Shown here: piece by piece, positions 45,645 to 59,896 of the stretch | How positions within the stretch are numbered: the first letter of the stretch is position 1 | Layout: each line of letters starts with the position of its first letter | NCBI GenBank assembly: GCA_964016885.1 | Contig: OZ024743.1 | Coordinates: 196,292,001-196,356,000 of the forward strand | DNA: 64,000 nucleotides | Direction: 5' to 3' | From: Eledone cirrhosa | Taxonomy: Eukaryota | Notes under the pieces: generated by a model | What the model was told of the DNA's origin: nothing | Seen by the model: only the letters and a program-made list of their open reading frames with translations | The model's database searches: none | Program-made: the position numbers and the translations under genes

Positions 45645-45830
45645 TGTCAACATTTTTTCCAATTCTAACCCGCCCATCCCTTCAATCTATCTTATTTCTC
45701 ATTCTTTCTTCTGATGAAGGACTAGCGTCCGAGCCGTTAAGACCCTCTTCCTGCTATATCAAGCGTTAACCTAATATATTCCTTCCATATAATCTACCGA
45801 TTGTGTTGTTATTTCTGTTTACCTTTTACA
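45640..45830 (+). mobile_element. Solo pLTR with a mutated minimal HHR
   Basis: TCTT-CTGATGA-A-GGAC-TAGC-GTCC-GAGCCGTT-AAGA (GAAAC changed to GAGCC). Relatives at ~26020-26130 and ~43220-43395. Confidence 0.65.
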
Positions 45831-45881
45831 TACATATATATATATATGTGTGTGTGTGTGTATGTGTGTGTGTGTGTGTAT

Positions 45882-46004
<123 letters not shown>

Positions 46005-46165
46005 ATATGTGATTGACGGTTGAGAGGAAGGAGTACTCAATAACGAAGTAGAGTTTTAATAGTCATTTTATTAAAGCCAAAAAGTGAGTCTTGTTGCTCT
46101 GGAGTTTCACCTGTCTATCACAGGGTCATCAAACAACACTCACTATTTAGCCTTAATAAAATGAA
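46005..46165 (-). mobile_element. Old fold-back pLTR with degenerate HHR
   Basis: Minus strand 46091-46136: TTGT-tTGATGA-c-CCTG-tgataga-CAGG-t-GAA-ACTCcaGAGc-A-ACAA. Imperfect inverted flanks. GAGTACT motif at ~46031. Confidence 0.55.
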
Positions 46166-46202
46166 TATCGAGAGAAAGAGAGAGATGAGGGGCAGGGAGG
46201 TG

Positions 46203-46278
<76 letters not shown>

Positions 46279-46924
46279 ATTACCGAAACCCCGTAAAGAC
46301 ATTTGTAAATGTTTGTCTTGTTGTAAAGAACTATTCGACAAACCACTGTTTGTTGTTATTTTGCGTATAGCTTAACTAAAGCTATAATATTGGCGAAACA
46401 TTGATGTAACCAGTCGTTTATAGTAATAAATATTATTTTTGCTCTAAACGTAGTGTTTAGTCCCATAGTCGGTGTATTTTAGTGCACATAAGTACACAAA
46501 ACTATAAAACTAGCATCTGTGTATCTGTGTATTCGTTTGTGTGTGTACGCGTGTGGATCAATGAACATTAATGTTTACAAACGAATAAAAAAGTATTCAC
46601 ATAAAGTATAAAATGTATATTGCATTAAAAGCTGAAGTTTAACTTCAAACGAATGAAGTAAAGAAGCAGCGGGACATTATATAAGCAAATATATTTGTAA
46701 ACACATCGAATTATGATTAGTCATCGAGCTTTGATTGGTTGACGAAAATACGTCACACATTCATCTATTGACTTGTCATATGCAGAGCATCTGATATATT
46801 CATCAATTTACAAACAAATTCACGCTCAAAGAAACGTGGAGTAGCAATCAGGTGTATCATGATCTTTGAATGAATAAATAAACTTTCAAATCAACCAGTC
46901 GTTGTTGTGTCACTCTAGATGTTT

Positions 46925-48630
46925 TCAACGTGGCAGTCGGAATTCACCAAGAGTAATTAGTCACTTCTCCTGTTCATTATTGCGATAGATTAGCGTTGAA
47001 TTGGCAGTATCGATAGATGGTTGGACGCCATGCTTTCTAGCATAGAGTTACGTCCCTTTACGGTCTGAGTTCAAATCCCGTCGACGTTAACTTTGCCTTT
47101 CATCCTTACAGGGTCGATAAAATAAAGTACCAGTAATGCACTGGGGTAATTGCTGGCATTGTGCCAAAAAGTAGAAACAATTATTGCGATAGATTAGCAG
47201 TATCTGTAGAGGGTCGGACGCCATGCTTTGCAGCACAGTTACGTCCCTTTACCGACTGAGTTCAAATCCCGCCGAGGTTAACTTTGCCTTTCATCCTTAC
47301 GGGGTTGATCAAATAAAGTACCAGCAATGCACTGGAATAATTGCTGGCCTTGTGCGAAAAGTTGAAACAATTATTTTCATGATATTACGGCCCTTTATGA
47401 TCTGAGTTCGAATCCCGCCGAAGTTAACTTTGCCTTTCATCCTTACGGGGTCGATACAATAAAGTACCAGTAATGCACTGGGATAATTGCTGGCCTTGTG
47501 CCAAAAGTAGAAACAATTATTTTCATGAATAAGTTTTCAGGATCAAAACCTTATTTTGCTAAACAGTTGCTAAACATCTCCAAGATACAAGTACACTCAG
47601 CATTATTTAAGGGCAGTAGGGCGGTGGATTGGCAGTATTGTAGCATAGAGTTACGTCCCTTTACGATCTGATTCAAATCCAGCCGAGGTTAACTTTGCTT
47701 TTCATCCTTACGGAGTCGATAAAATAAAGTACCAGTAATGCACTGGTTAATTGCTGGCCTTGTACCAAACGTCGAAACAGTTATTTAAGGGCAGTAGGGC
47801 GGTGGATTGGCAGTATCGGTAGAGGAGTGGGCACCATGCTTTGTAGCATAGAGTTACGTCCCTTTACGATCTGAGTTCAAATCTCGCCGAGGTTAACTTT
47901 GCTTTTCATCCTTACGGAGTCGATAAAATAAAGTACCAGTAATGCACTGGCCTTGTACCAAAAATAGAAACAATTATTTTTATGAATATGAGTGACATGC
48001 GCAGCCAGGTTGGAAGTGGTATCATGACAGGCAGGTGTAGGATCAGTTGGCTGGAATTTGCCGACGACAATGTATTAGTTAACTCGTCCGAGGTGATCTC
48101 CGACATGTACTAGATAGGTTTCATGAAGAATGCTGCATGGCTAAAATGAAAGTCAGAGCTGCAAAAAGTGAGACACTCGTTATCTTAAGGAAGCCTGCGT
48201 AGTGCACTCTACGTGTGAATGGAATTCCACTGTACCAGGTGGATAAGTTCAAGTATCTCGTAGATATGTTCTCGAGTGATGGGAGGCAGGAGGCTGAATA
48301 GCATGAAAGAATTGCAGAAGCTGGTGCAATAATTGTTTCTACTTTTGGCACAAGGCCAGCAATTATCCCAGTGTATTACTGGTACTTTATTTTATCGACC
48401 CCGTAAGGATGAAAGGCAAAGTTAACCACGGCGGGATTTGAACTCAGATCATAAAGGGCCGTAACTCTATGCTGCAAAGTATGGTGCTGACCCTCTACCG
48501 ATACTGCCAATCCACCGCTCTTTACCAATCCACCGCTGGTGCAATAATGAGTCAGCTCAGCATTCAGTAATCAAAAAGTAGTTTTAAAAGCAAAACTCGC
48601 TATCTTTAATTGGGTATTCGCGCCACCCGT
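46925..48630 (+). mobile_element. Decayed RTE LINE RT fragment interrupted by SINEs
   Basis: ctggaatttgccgacgac (LEFADD). Homologous to 52905-53580. SINE at 48334-48534 (minus) with TSD gctggtgcaataat. Confidence 0.75.
46995..47980 (+). mobile_element. Cluster of ~5-6 head-to-tail SINE family A copies inside an RTE relic
   Basis: Repeated family A bodies. TSD-like repeats attattgcgatagattagc, ttattttcatga and ttatttaagggcagta. Confidence 0.9.
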
Positions 48631-48794
48631 TTTTTTAGAACAGGTAATATCTCATTTATTGTATTTTATTTTATTCTAGCTTCTCCATCTCAGCTCTCTA
48701 TAGATTACTCTTCTTACCTTGTCCAGAACTGCACACAAGACAAAACAACATAGTCCACTATACATACAAATATGTTTGAGATAGACCAACGCAT

Positions 48795-48887
<93 letters not shown>

Positions 48888-48967
48888 AATAAACAGAAAT
48901 AACAACAAAATCGGTACATTATATGAAAGGAATATATTAGGTTAACGCTTGAAATAGCAGGAAGAGG

Positions 48968-49006
48968 GTTTTGACGTTTCGGACGCTAGTCCTTCATCAG
49001 AAGAAT
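48968..49006 (-). ncRNA. Intact minimal type I hammerhead in a solo pLTR (~48880-49200)
   Basis: TTCTT-CTGATGA-A-GGAC-TAGC-GTCC-GAA-ACGT-C-AAAAC. GUC cleavage triplet, palindromic ACGT. Confidence 0.8.
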
Positions 49007-49919
49007 GAATGAGAAATAAGACAGATTGAAGGGACGGGCAGGCTGGAATTAGAAGAAGGTGTGTAAGAAGAGGGTAGTAGAGGAAAAGTGATAGAGAGTC
49101 GTCGATTATTTAAATGCAAGAAGCAAAGAAGTTTGTGTGTGTGCGTGTAATAGAATTATGGTATGTAAGTACTACTGCTAATATATGTACATACACGTGC
49201 GTGCGTGCATGCGTGCATGCGTGCATGCGTATTACACTCACACGCCCTGACTGGCTTACCCATGTACGATTATCTCAAATTTGCACCCATTAGGTATATT
49301 AATATAGTTATTTAGCGATTTAGTTAGTGTATAACAAACAATATCAACTTGTTACTAGGCAATTCATAGCTACAGATATATTTTTTCTATTTTTAGATAA
49401 TTTATTTGAAATAGCTTCAAGTCAATAGACGTCTTTTTAAAATGACATATTCGGTTAATTCCTTATCATTCGTGGATCACTTCAATGCTATCAACACAGA
49501 TATTAAGGTCTTCTATGTCGTGGCATATTCTACTGTCTTGTCTAGCTTTCACATCAGCAATACCTAGGTTCACAAATCTTATCTTTAGTCAATCAGCTTA
49601 TCAACAAGTTTGATAGTCACCCTTGACCTGTTCGCTAACTTTCTGACTCTTTGACCTTTAATCGAAAAGGCGGTTGTCGTTATTTTCAACTTGAATATAC
49701 TTATCTCCATTATACTTAAGCAGATATATCATGTGAGAAATTTCGTGGAACGTAATATTAGATGTATCACTCCTCGACAAATGGTGATGATGAAAATAAT
49801 GATTTCTTTCCTAGGCTCCCAGCTAGAGCTGAAAAAGTGGGGGATAATACAAATGAGAAATACATGGGAAAACTAGAAACAAGAAAGTGGGGATTCTACA
49901 TTTAGTAAAAGAAGACCAA

Positions 49920-50620
49920 CAATGGTTTCTAATTCAGGCACAAGGTTAAAAGGTTTCGAGGGAAAGTCAATTATAACGACTCCAGTACTTTACTGGTATT
50001 TTTTATCGCCCTCGGAAGGATGAAAAGCAAAGTTGACTTCGGAAAGCATTTTTCATAAGGTTCTACTAATTCTACCAATCCACAATAACAACAACAACAA
50101 AATAATAATCTTCTTTGCCCACTTATTCCTGAGAGGGTCGTGGAGGCAGAGTCCTCAAACACTTCTTCCGGCGAGCCCTGTTACAGCAACCGTCTCAAAC
50201 TGATCAAGCTGGATCCCCAAGCGAGACCAGCCAAGCCCATGGATGTTATGCAGCCATCTTTCGCGGATTCTACCCTTGGGTTTCTTGCCGGTTGGTTTTC
50301 CCCGTAAAATATGTCCAGTGATTCTTTCCTAAGACATTCTAACTACATGTTCATCGTATAGGAGCTGGGATACCTCAATTCGGAGAAGTAGTGGCTGTAC
50401 CTGGAATAGTAATCAAGACCTGCAATTTGAGGGAGAGGAAAACTGATTATATCGACCCTAGTAATTTCTTGGTACTTTATTTTATCGACCCCCGGAAGAA
50501 GGAAAGACAAAGTTGACCGCGGTGGGATTTGAACTCAGAACGTAGAAATCATAACTAAATACTACAATTACCAATCAACCGCCACTGCTGTTGCTGCTGC
50601 TGCTGCTGCTGATGATGATA

Positions 50621-50679
<59 letters not shown>

Positions 50680-51160
50680 AAAAATAATTGTTTCTATTTT
50701 TAGGCACAAGGCCAGCAATTACCCAGTACATTACTGGTACTTTATTTTATCGACCCCGTAAGGATGAAAGGCAAATGGTAAAAATAATTATATGTTTTCA
50801 TTGGCACCCAAGAGCTGAAGAAGTGGGGTACAGTACAACTAGAAAATATAGTGAAAACAAAACAGTGGGGACTCTGCGTCGAGAAAAAAAGGGGAGACCA
50901 CGAACAACAACAACAACAACAAAATTGATAATAGTGGTTTACAAATTAAGTGTTGACATGCAAGAGCAGGTAGAGCACCGAATAAAATGTCATTGCGGTA
51001 TTTGTTCTAGCTAATTATTTTCTGACTTCTAATCCCGATTAGGTCAAATTTGCTTATCACCTTTCCGGGATCGATAAAATAAAGTACCATTAATGGGGCC
51101 GATATAATCAACCTTGACCTTCCCCCAAATCAGACGGCCATGTATAAATGTTAGAAATCT
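49920..51160. mobile_element. Mixed SINE family A copies and RTE 3' fragment (50105-50405)
   Basis: Several ggtactttattttatcgacccc matches. RTE tail homology. Confidence 0.7.
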
Positions 51161-52027
51161 ATTTAAGTACAAAGCCTACAATTGAAGCCGAAAGGAATGT
51201 CAAATAAAAATACCCCACTAATGAAAACAGTTGATTTCATTCTGTTGGCAACCTTACAAATCTATATTTAAATAACAAATTTGCCTTAGTGAGATAATTG
51301 ATCATATAGAAACAAAACCCTGCACTCTCAAAGAGAAGTAATCATAATAAAACATAATTCCTTACTCCACACCCTATAAAAGCTCTTTGTTTTCAAATAT
51401 GTTTCTTAGGCATATATTTAACCTAGCTATGTAAACAGACCTTGCGGTTACATAGCAGGGTTGCTGTTTCACCCCTCTCTATATAAATACGCGAATATAT
51501 ACATATGTTTTTCGATGACCATATTTTCAACAGTTATATATCAATAACCTAATGAGGCTGTTTGCTTGCAAACGAATCGAATATTATTATTATCATTAAT
51601 ATTATTATCCGATATAAAACTCAAATACTTTTATGTAAAGCCACTATGTCAGAGAGAAAAATCAAATTCTAATTTTCTTCATATATATATATTAACTTGA
51701 TCTATTTTCTCTTCGGTTACTCATTTACATGTGCCATTGTCCTGTGTTTCCCCTTCTATCGGTATGTTTACTTCTTTTTTTCCATTTTTCTTCCCCATTT
51801 TTTCTTTATTTTTTCTCTCTTCGCTATCATTTCTTTCCCTCGTGGCTTTTGATAGATAAAAAGCTATGGGCACGCTATGGATAGATGTTTATAATGCGCC
51901 GAAACATCCATGATCCATAGTAAACAGCTGACGAAGGTAAACTGTCCATTCCCTTGTTTGTGTCGCCTTACCTTCTAACACTCGTTATCAGTAACCACAC
52001 AGCCTCGCCTTCTTCAATCCATATTTT

Positions 52028-52676
<649 letters not shown>

Positions 52677-52733
52677 TATATATATATATTTATGGTTATG
52701 TGACGCCTACATAACCCAATATATATATATATA

Positions 52734-52804
<71 letters not shown>

Positions 52805-52904
52805 GGGGGGGAGATTTAATATCTCGGCTGAATTTCATCTTCCTCAGCGACCTTGCCACATTTGCGTGGATAATTGGTGCTAAATCCAAACCATTCAATA
52901 TTCA

Positions 52905-54025
52905 ATATGGCAGTCGGACTCCGCTAAGAGTGCGTACAGTCACCTTTCCTGTTCATTATTTATCCACAGGGCGGTGGATTGGCAGTATTGGTAGGGAGTC
53001 GGACGCTATGCTTTCCAGCATAGTTAAGTCCCTTTACGGTCTGAGTTCAAATCCTGCCGAGGTTAACTTTGCCTTTTATCCTTACGGGGTCGATAAAATA
53101 AAGTACCAGTAATGTACTGGGTAATTGCTGGCCTTGTGCCAAAAGTAGAAACAATCATTTACATAAACAGGATTGACATGCGCAACCGAGCTGGAAGTGA
53201 TATCATGACTGGCGTGTGTAAAATCAGTTAGCTGGAATTTGCAGACGATATGGGGTTACTAAACTCGACAGAAGGTGACCTCCGACTCACACTTAATGGG
53301 TTTGATGCTGAGTGCGGAATGACTGGAATGAAAATCAGTCATGCGAAAACTGGGACACGGGTCCTCTCAAGGAAGCCTGCGCAGTGCATCCTACATGTAA
53401 ATGGAATTCCACTGAAGCAGGTAAAGTAGTTCAAGTATCTAAGGGCCGTGTTCACGAGCGATGGAAGACAGGAGGCCGATTTAAGTGCAAGGATTGCAGG
53501 AGCTGGTGCAGTAATGCGCCAACTTCAGCATTTCAGTAATCAGAAAAAGGGAGGGATGCATAAAGGCTAAACTCTCTATCGTCAATTCATACCACACCTT
53601 ATCAATGGTCATGAATCTTGTGTAATGACCGAAAGAATACGATCGCGAATACAAGTGGCTGAAATAAGGTTCCTCCGAAGGGTGTTTGGAGTAACGTTAC
53701 TTGATATAGTGCGTAGCTCGGAGATCAGAAAGTCATTCCAGGTAGAACCGCTACTTCTCCGAATTGAGAGATCACAGCTCTGATGCTATGGGCATGTGGT
53801 TAGAATATCTCAGGAAAGAATCGCTGGACAGATTTTATAGGCAAAACCAACCGACAGGAAACACAGGGGTAGATCTCGAGCAGGATAGTTGGATAACATC
53901 CATGAGCTTGGCTGGTCTTGCTTGGGGATCTAGCTGGATCAGTTGGCGACGGTTGCTTCTGACATGACCCGCTGGAAGGAGTATTTGAGGACATCCTTCT
54001 TCAGATGGGTTGAGGATGAGGAGTG
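52905..54025 (+). mobile_element. Decayed RTE LINE with SINE family A inserted at 52968-53156
   Basis: ctggaatttgcagacgat (LEFADD), ...IERSQL*CYGHVVR-type C-terminus and gatgaggatgag tail. Confidence 0.78.
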
Positions 54026-54841
54026 AAACCGGGTACCGAGTCTCCCTGCCGAGTTCAAATCCCCCCGAGGTTAACTTTGCCTTTCATCGTTACGGGGTCG
54101 ATAAAATAAAGTACCAGTAATGTACTGTGTAATTGCTGGCCTTGTGCCTAAAGTAGAAACAATTAATTAGCAGTAGCACTAACATAGCGTGATTCGTGAT
54201 AGAGTTATATACAAACACATAAGTGATCATTCAAAATAAATCAGCTGCTTGTTGAAAGGTTGAACATAACTCACAATGAAAATTGTGTAACAAAATATAA
54301 CACTGAATGTAATATACTTGTGTGCGAGAATGATATATAAAGAGAGAATGATGTATGTAAATAAAAATGAGATTAAACAAACTGAGATTTTATATACAAG
54401 TACATTGATACCTTGAGATACGAGTTTAATTCGTTCCGTGACCGATCTCGTAATTCAATTTACTCGTATCTCAAATCAATGTTCCCCATTGAAATTAACT
54501 GAAATGCTATTAATCCATTCTGACCCCCTAAAACCACACCAATTTATTTATGTTACGTGTTTTTAATAAGCAAAATATACTTTATAAATAACAAATAATG
54601 TATAATGAAATAATAAGAACATAATAAAAGAGAATGTAAAGAAATAAACTGGATTTATTAAGTGTATTTACCTTCAAGATGAGACGAAAAAGCTGGCGGA
54701 GGTGGAGGAGAATGACGGGGAGGCTGTAAATGTTTTTCGTTTTGCGCTCTATCTCTTAACTTGACTTACTCACTACGCAGTTAATGCTATTTTTTATTGC
54801 TAAATTTAACTTACACACTATGCTACACTTAATCGCTAAAC

Positions 54842-56633
54842 TTAATTGCTATTTTTTTTTTTACTTTTTTTTTCTTTTCGTACCGGACTCTCATCATCAT
54901 CTTCACTGACTTTTGGCTTTTTGGCCACACTTTCCTCGCCTTCGCTTTGAGGGCGTTTCAATAAAAACCTGTCCAAGGAGGTTTGTTTCATCCTCCCTTT
55001 TAAAATGTTTCTGAAATGAGTGAGGCAAGTGTCGTTAAACAGTGCCGACGCACGACTTGTTCCAACTTTTTCTGGATGATTTTTGTCAATAAAATCATTA
55101 AGTTTCTCCCAAATTCCCAACATTTCATTCATTTCACTTGAAGGGATTACTACCTCCTCTGACTCCGGCCCCTCATTAATTTCCTGCCAAATCTCTGTAT
55201 GCTGCTGGTCCTGTAGCTCCTTTAATTCCTCCGTTGTCAATTCCTCATTGTGCTCTTCGACGAGGTCGTTGACGTCTCCTTCGTCCATTTCCAGGACCAT
55301 GGATTTTCCGATGGATACGATCTCCTCCTCCACTAACTCTTCGGGTTCGGGTTCGAATCCTTTGAAGTCCCTTTCGGACACAACCTAGGGCCACAGCTTC
55401 TTCCATTCAGAGTTTAAGGTCCTCCTTGTAACACCCTGCCAGGCCATGTCTATAATTTTGAGGCAGGCTACGATAGTGTAATGTTATTTCCAGAACTCTC
55501 GAAAGGTGAGGTTTGTGTTTTTCGTAACCTCAAAGCAGCGCCGGAAGAGATGCCTTGGTGAAGAGCTTTTTAAAATTCGAAATCACCTGCTGGCCCATGG
55601 GCTGAAGGATATGGGTGGTGTTGGTTGGAAGGTACAAAACTTTAAGAAACTTGAATTCTTCTAAGATGTCATCCTCGAGATTTGGTGGGTGTGCGGGAGC
55701 ATTGTCAAGGACGAGTAGGGCTTTCAGGGGCAGGTTATTATCTAAGAGATACTTCTTGACTGCAGGACCAAAAACCAGGTTTACCCACTGCACAAAAAAC
55801 TCCCTGGTAACCCATGCATTTGGGTTTGCCCTCCACATAATCTGCAGTTTTTCTTTAAGAATCTTATGACTCTTAAAGGCCCTGGGGTTTTCCGAGTGAT
55901 ATAAGAGCAGCGGTTTAATCTTTAAATCGCCACTCGCATTTGCACACAGTGCAAGGGTCAACCTATCCTTCATAGGTTTGTGGCCTGGCAAGCTCTTCTC
56001 CTCTGCTGTTATGTACGTTCTCCTTGGCATCTTTTTCCAAAATAGCCCTGTCTCGTCACAGTTAAAGACTTTCTGGGGATGTATCCTTCGTCTTCTACCA
56101 GTTCACCAAAAAATGAAGTAAGTTCTTCAGCTGCCTTAAAATCTGAGCTTGCAGCCTCACCATGCCTGACGACGGAGTGAATGCCAGTCCTCTTTTTTAA
56201 AATTATCAAACCATCCTCGACTGGCTTTGAATGACTCTTCCGATGCCCCGTCCGAGGACGATCCCGCCGTCTGCCGCACCAAATGTCTATAAATAACTCG
56301 TGCCTTCTCACAGATGATGGTCTCGGTTACGGTATCTCCAGCGAGCTGCTTCTCGGTCAACCACTCAAACAGCAACTTTTCCATCTCTTCATGGACAGAA
56401 GTCCAGAGCTTAGAAATTATCTTAACACCCTTGGCTGGTGTCATAGCCTTTATTGAATCCTTTTGTTTCAAAATAGTACATATTGTAGAAGTACTACGAT
56501 CGTACTCCTTTGCCAAGTGAATAACACCCACACCACGCTCATGTTTTTCTACGATTTCGTGCTTAATATCCATAGACATCATACTTTTCTTTTTCTCGCC
56601 AGTGTTCTTGGCACTCACTTTCTTAGGACTCAT
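54842..56633 (-). pseudogene. Tigger transposase (HTH_psq, CENP-B HTH, DDE_1), frameshifted
   Basis: MSPKK..., STICTILK, FKASRGWF, HGEAASSD, KDRLTL..CANASG, LVLDNAPAHP, TTHILQPMGQQVI, QTSLDRF. Confidence 0.93.
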
Positions 56634-56745
56634 GGTTGAAACTAAGATTTTTATCGAAATAAACCAAAAGCAACTAAAATCACAACAGTAACACAACAGA
56701 GATGCTTGCGCGCCGAGGTTACCACGTGGACTGACCGCTCTCAGG

Positions 56746-57020
56746 AGGTTACTGAATTAATTTCGCCACTGAATTAATTTCGCCCGGTGAACCCCAACGA
56801 AAGTTACTCCCGTCGTTTATATCCGTAAAGTGACTAAAACAAATGTTATATATTTACGGTTAGGGTTAGGGTTATAGTTAGGGTTAGGGTTAGGGCTAAT
56901 TCAACCCTAACCCTAACCGTAAATATATTACATTTGTTTTAATCTTTAATCACTTTACAGATATAAACGACGGGAGTAACTTTCGTTGGGGTTCACCGGG
57001 CGAAATTAATTCTGCACCCC
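56746..57020. mobile_element. Fold-back MITE with central convergent telomeric repeats and 8-bp TSD, nested in Tigger
   Basis: TSD ctctcagg (56738-56745, 57021-57028). Long inverted arms. (TTAGGG)n then (CCCTAA)n at the centre. Confidence 0.85.
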
Positions 57021-57159
57021 CTCTCAGGCACCCGCTAGCTCGTAGCTCGTATCGCAAAACTCAGCTTGTATCACAAGGCAAAAAATTAGCCGAGTGATGG
57101 CTCGTATCTCAAAAAACTCGTATGTCGGTTCACTCGTATCTCAAGGTATCACTGTATAT

Positions 57160-57480
57160 GAATTTTTTACTCCATCATCAACACCACCACGCCCTAGGAC
57201 CAGAACCCATCCTCTCTCTGTCTCCCTCCGTTTCTTCTGTGGCCCTAGAGTGCTTGCTTTCCCCTCCTTTTCCTGACTTTCATAATCCTTTCCTCTACTT
57301 TCCTCTACAGCAAGATCTACCCTTCCTTTTCCCTTCCACATTTTCTCATTACTTAAATTTGTATTTTAATTTTCTTTCTCATATTTATTTATCTTTTGAA
57401 AAATTATTTTCCATTTTTCAGGCTAAAAAGAAAAAGTGGCCAAAAATATAGATATGACTTGTGTAATAGAAACAATAATT
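57160..57480 (+). mobile_element. 3'UTR fragment of the CRE-like LINE family
   Basis: ttcttctgtggccctagag...cagatct matches the reverse complement of 61600-61760. Confidence 0.6.
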
Positions 57481-58084
57481 GAATAGGTAAGAATACTATC
57501 TCTTTTCTTGTTAGGGGGCGTAGTATTGCTGTTTGTTTTTCTTCTGTTGACTTGCATCAGAAATTTATCTTACAATGTTACTGAAACTTGGGTTAACTGC
57601 TCCAAGCAGAAATCCTATGTGTTGGATTTATGCCGTACCTCGACCATAAACGACATGGAATATCAGAAACTTCGTTCAGGATTCTTAACCGTATTTCTTT
57701 GCTAGAACAAGCCTGGATTACAGAGTATCAGTTGATTGAATCGAACCATAATCTGTCTCATATTTTGTTTTATTGATCAAAGATGTATAAAATGCAAAAT
57801 TCATCTGTACAGGCTTAGAATGCAAGCGCATTTTGTCCGACACTGTAAGAATCCTGCCAATAAGCTATTTGATATTAATATAATTAGCTATACCTAATTC
57901 AATCCAATTATGTTAGTAAACGGTTAACATGAGGCACGTTCCTGAAAGTAGTACGAGAATCCATTACTTAAGTAAGAACATAAGGTGGTGGAAAAGAGTA
58001 AACTAGAAATGTTTATTTATTCTTTAAACAAATCGTTGAGACGATAAGGAATAAAATTCTGCACATATTTCAAATTTTAAGATA

Positions 58085-58293
58085 ATGGTTTCTGATTAAG
58101 GCACAAGGCCAGCAATTTAAAGGGGAAGAAAAAGTCGATTAAATCGACCCCAGTGCATTACTGGTGCTTTATTTTATCGACTTCGTAAGGTTGAAAAGCA
58201 AAGTTAACCTCGGCGGGATTTAAACTCATGTAAAGGGCCATAACTATGCTGCAAAGCATATTGTCCGACGCTCTACCGATACTGCTAATCCAC
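58085..58293 (-). mobile_element. SINE family A
   Basis: Reverse-complement consensus match. Confidence 0.85.
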
Positions 58294-58689
58294 AATAATA
58301 CCCTCATTTTAGGAACTAGTACAAAGTATTTTCTGCGTCATGATTTTTTTCTTAATATCTTGTTTTGTGACAGGTGCTATGACAATACTAACGTAACTAC
58401 ATTAGTTTAGATTACATTCGATGTTTTGGTAGAAAGTATTGAGTATGTTCTAAGATTTTTATAATCACAGAATAAAATGTCTATATAAGAACATTGACAA
58501 TGATTAAAGAGCTCAAAACAAACTCAACACACAAACTGATCCTTTGTTAGAAGTCTGCATCGTCATATCCAATATTAAAACTGTCAAAATTATCAGAAAT
58601 ATTTTATCAAGCTTGATAAAATAGATTGCCAATGTATATAGCTATGTATATAGTTAATGCGCCAGGATTCAAGACTTGATTTCCAAGAA

Positions 58690-59080
58690 ACATATAAACA
58701 TATAAACACTCACAGACTCAGGTACGAACACACGAGTACACACCAAACAGATACGCAAACAGAGACAACAACAAAAAATAAATAAATAAAATAAAAACAT
58801 TATAGGAACACAACGGGAGGAAACACAGATATATGTGACGAAAGAACTTTGAGAAGCTATATTTATATTTTTAACTGTTGGTTAATCAATGATAAGTATT
58901 GATTCCCAGCTAAAATATTTATAGAAATCTAAACATATACTGAAGCGAATATCAAACCAAACAGTGGGTGTGTTTTACTATATATTTCTGGCAATATTAG
59001 GACAACATGACTCTCCCCAAATATAAGAATATCTGTTTCAACACACGATTTCATAGCAAAAATCTTGCAAAACAAATACA
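58690..59080 (+). mobile_element. Diverged solo pLTR related to the Neptune-like PLE at 31300-31800
   Basis: caacatgactctccccaaatataagaatatctgtttcaacacacgatttca matches the reverse complement of 31390-31470. Residual tgtgacgaaag HHR half. Confidence 0.62.
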
Positions 59081-59700
59081 TCGCCGCTATAGTCATTATA
59101 AAGTTTAGCTAAAAAGTTTTCATCTTATTGGTACACTACGCTGATAACAAGGAAAGTAAAACTTTCTTAATACCTCCAGATAAAGCCATAAATTATTTAT
59201 TGAATCTTACAATCTGACAGAACATTAGAAGCAACGGTTAAAATGTAGGCGAATATCATCAGTTGTTATTACAAAGGTTAACTAAAGCAATAAACAATGG
59301 TAAAAATATGAGAAATGATCTGAATTAAAGAAAAATGCCGTATACAACTAAATATAATAACAGTAATTTCTTATAACATTCATAAGCACGTAAGACATTT
59401 CATATTTTGATTTAAACGTTGTAACGTGATCACGCATGGATTTACCAAACCATAAAATATGTATCTATCCAATTGGTGTGGAAGAATATTTTGAAAGGGA
59501 GATGCTTCTTACTCTCTTCATCAATAAATACCTGAGATAAATTCCTATTTTGTTTTACCTTTTATGAGGAGTATGAGCTAGTAGTTACAGTGTTGGTTTT
59601 CCTATCACAATGCTGTTAGAGGCTTTACAAATATTATGGGTAATGCTCTTCCTCTTCAGGTGAAATAAAAAATAAAATGTAAGACATATTTCTAACTACT

Positions 59701-59896
59701 AGGGCTGCAGATTGGCAGTATCAGTAGAGCGTTGAATAATATGCTTTGTGGTATATAGTTACGGTTCTTTACATTCTCAATTCAAATCCCGCCGAGGTTA
59801 GCTTTGCCTTTCATCCTTACGGGGTCGATAAAATAAAGCACTAGTAATGCATTGGGGTCGATCGATTTAATCGACTGTGCCTAAATCAGAAACCAA
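59701..59896 (+). mobile_element. SINE family A
   Basis: Consensus match. Confidence 0.82.

Larger units (their letters stand above)
54403..57154 (-). mobile_element. Tigger/pogo DNA transposon, complete ends
   Basis: 23-bp TIRs ca(t/g)tgataccttgagatacgagt at 54403-54425 and 57132-57154. TA TSD on both sides. Confidence 0.95.

Noticed and set aside
56855-56920. True telomere-telomere fusion site
   Set aside because: It is short, sits inside long inverted arms and has an 8-bp TSD, so a MITE explains it better.
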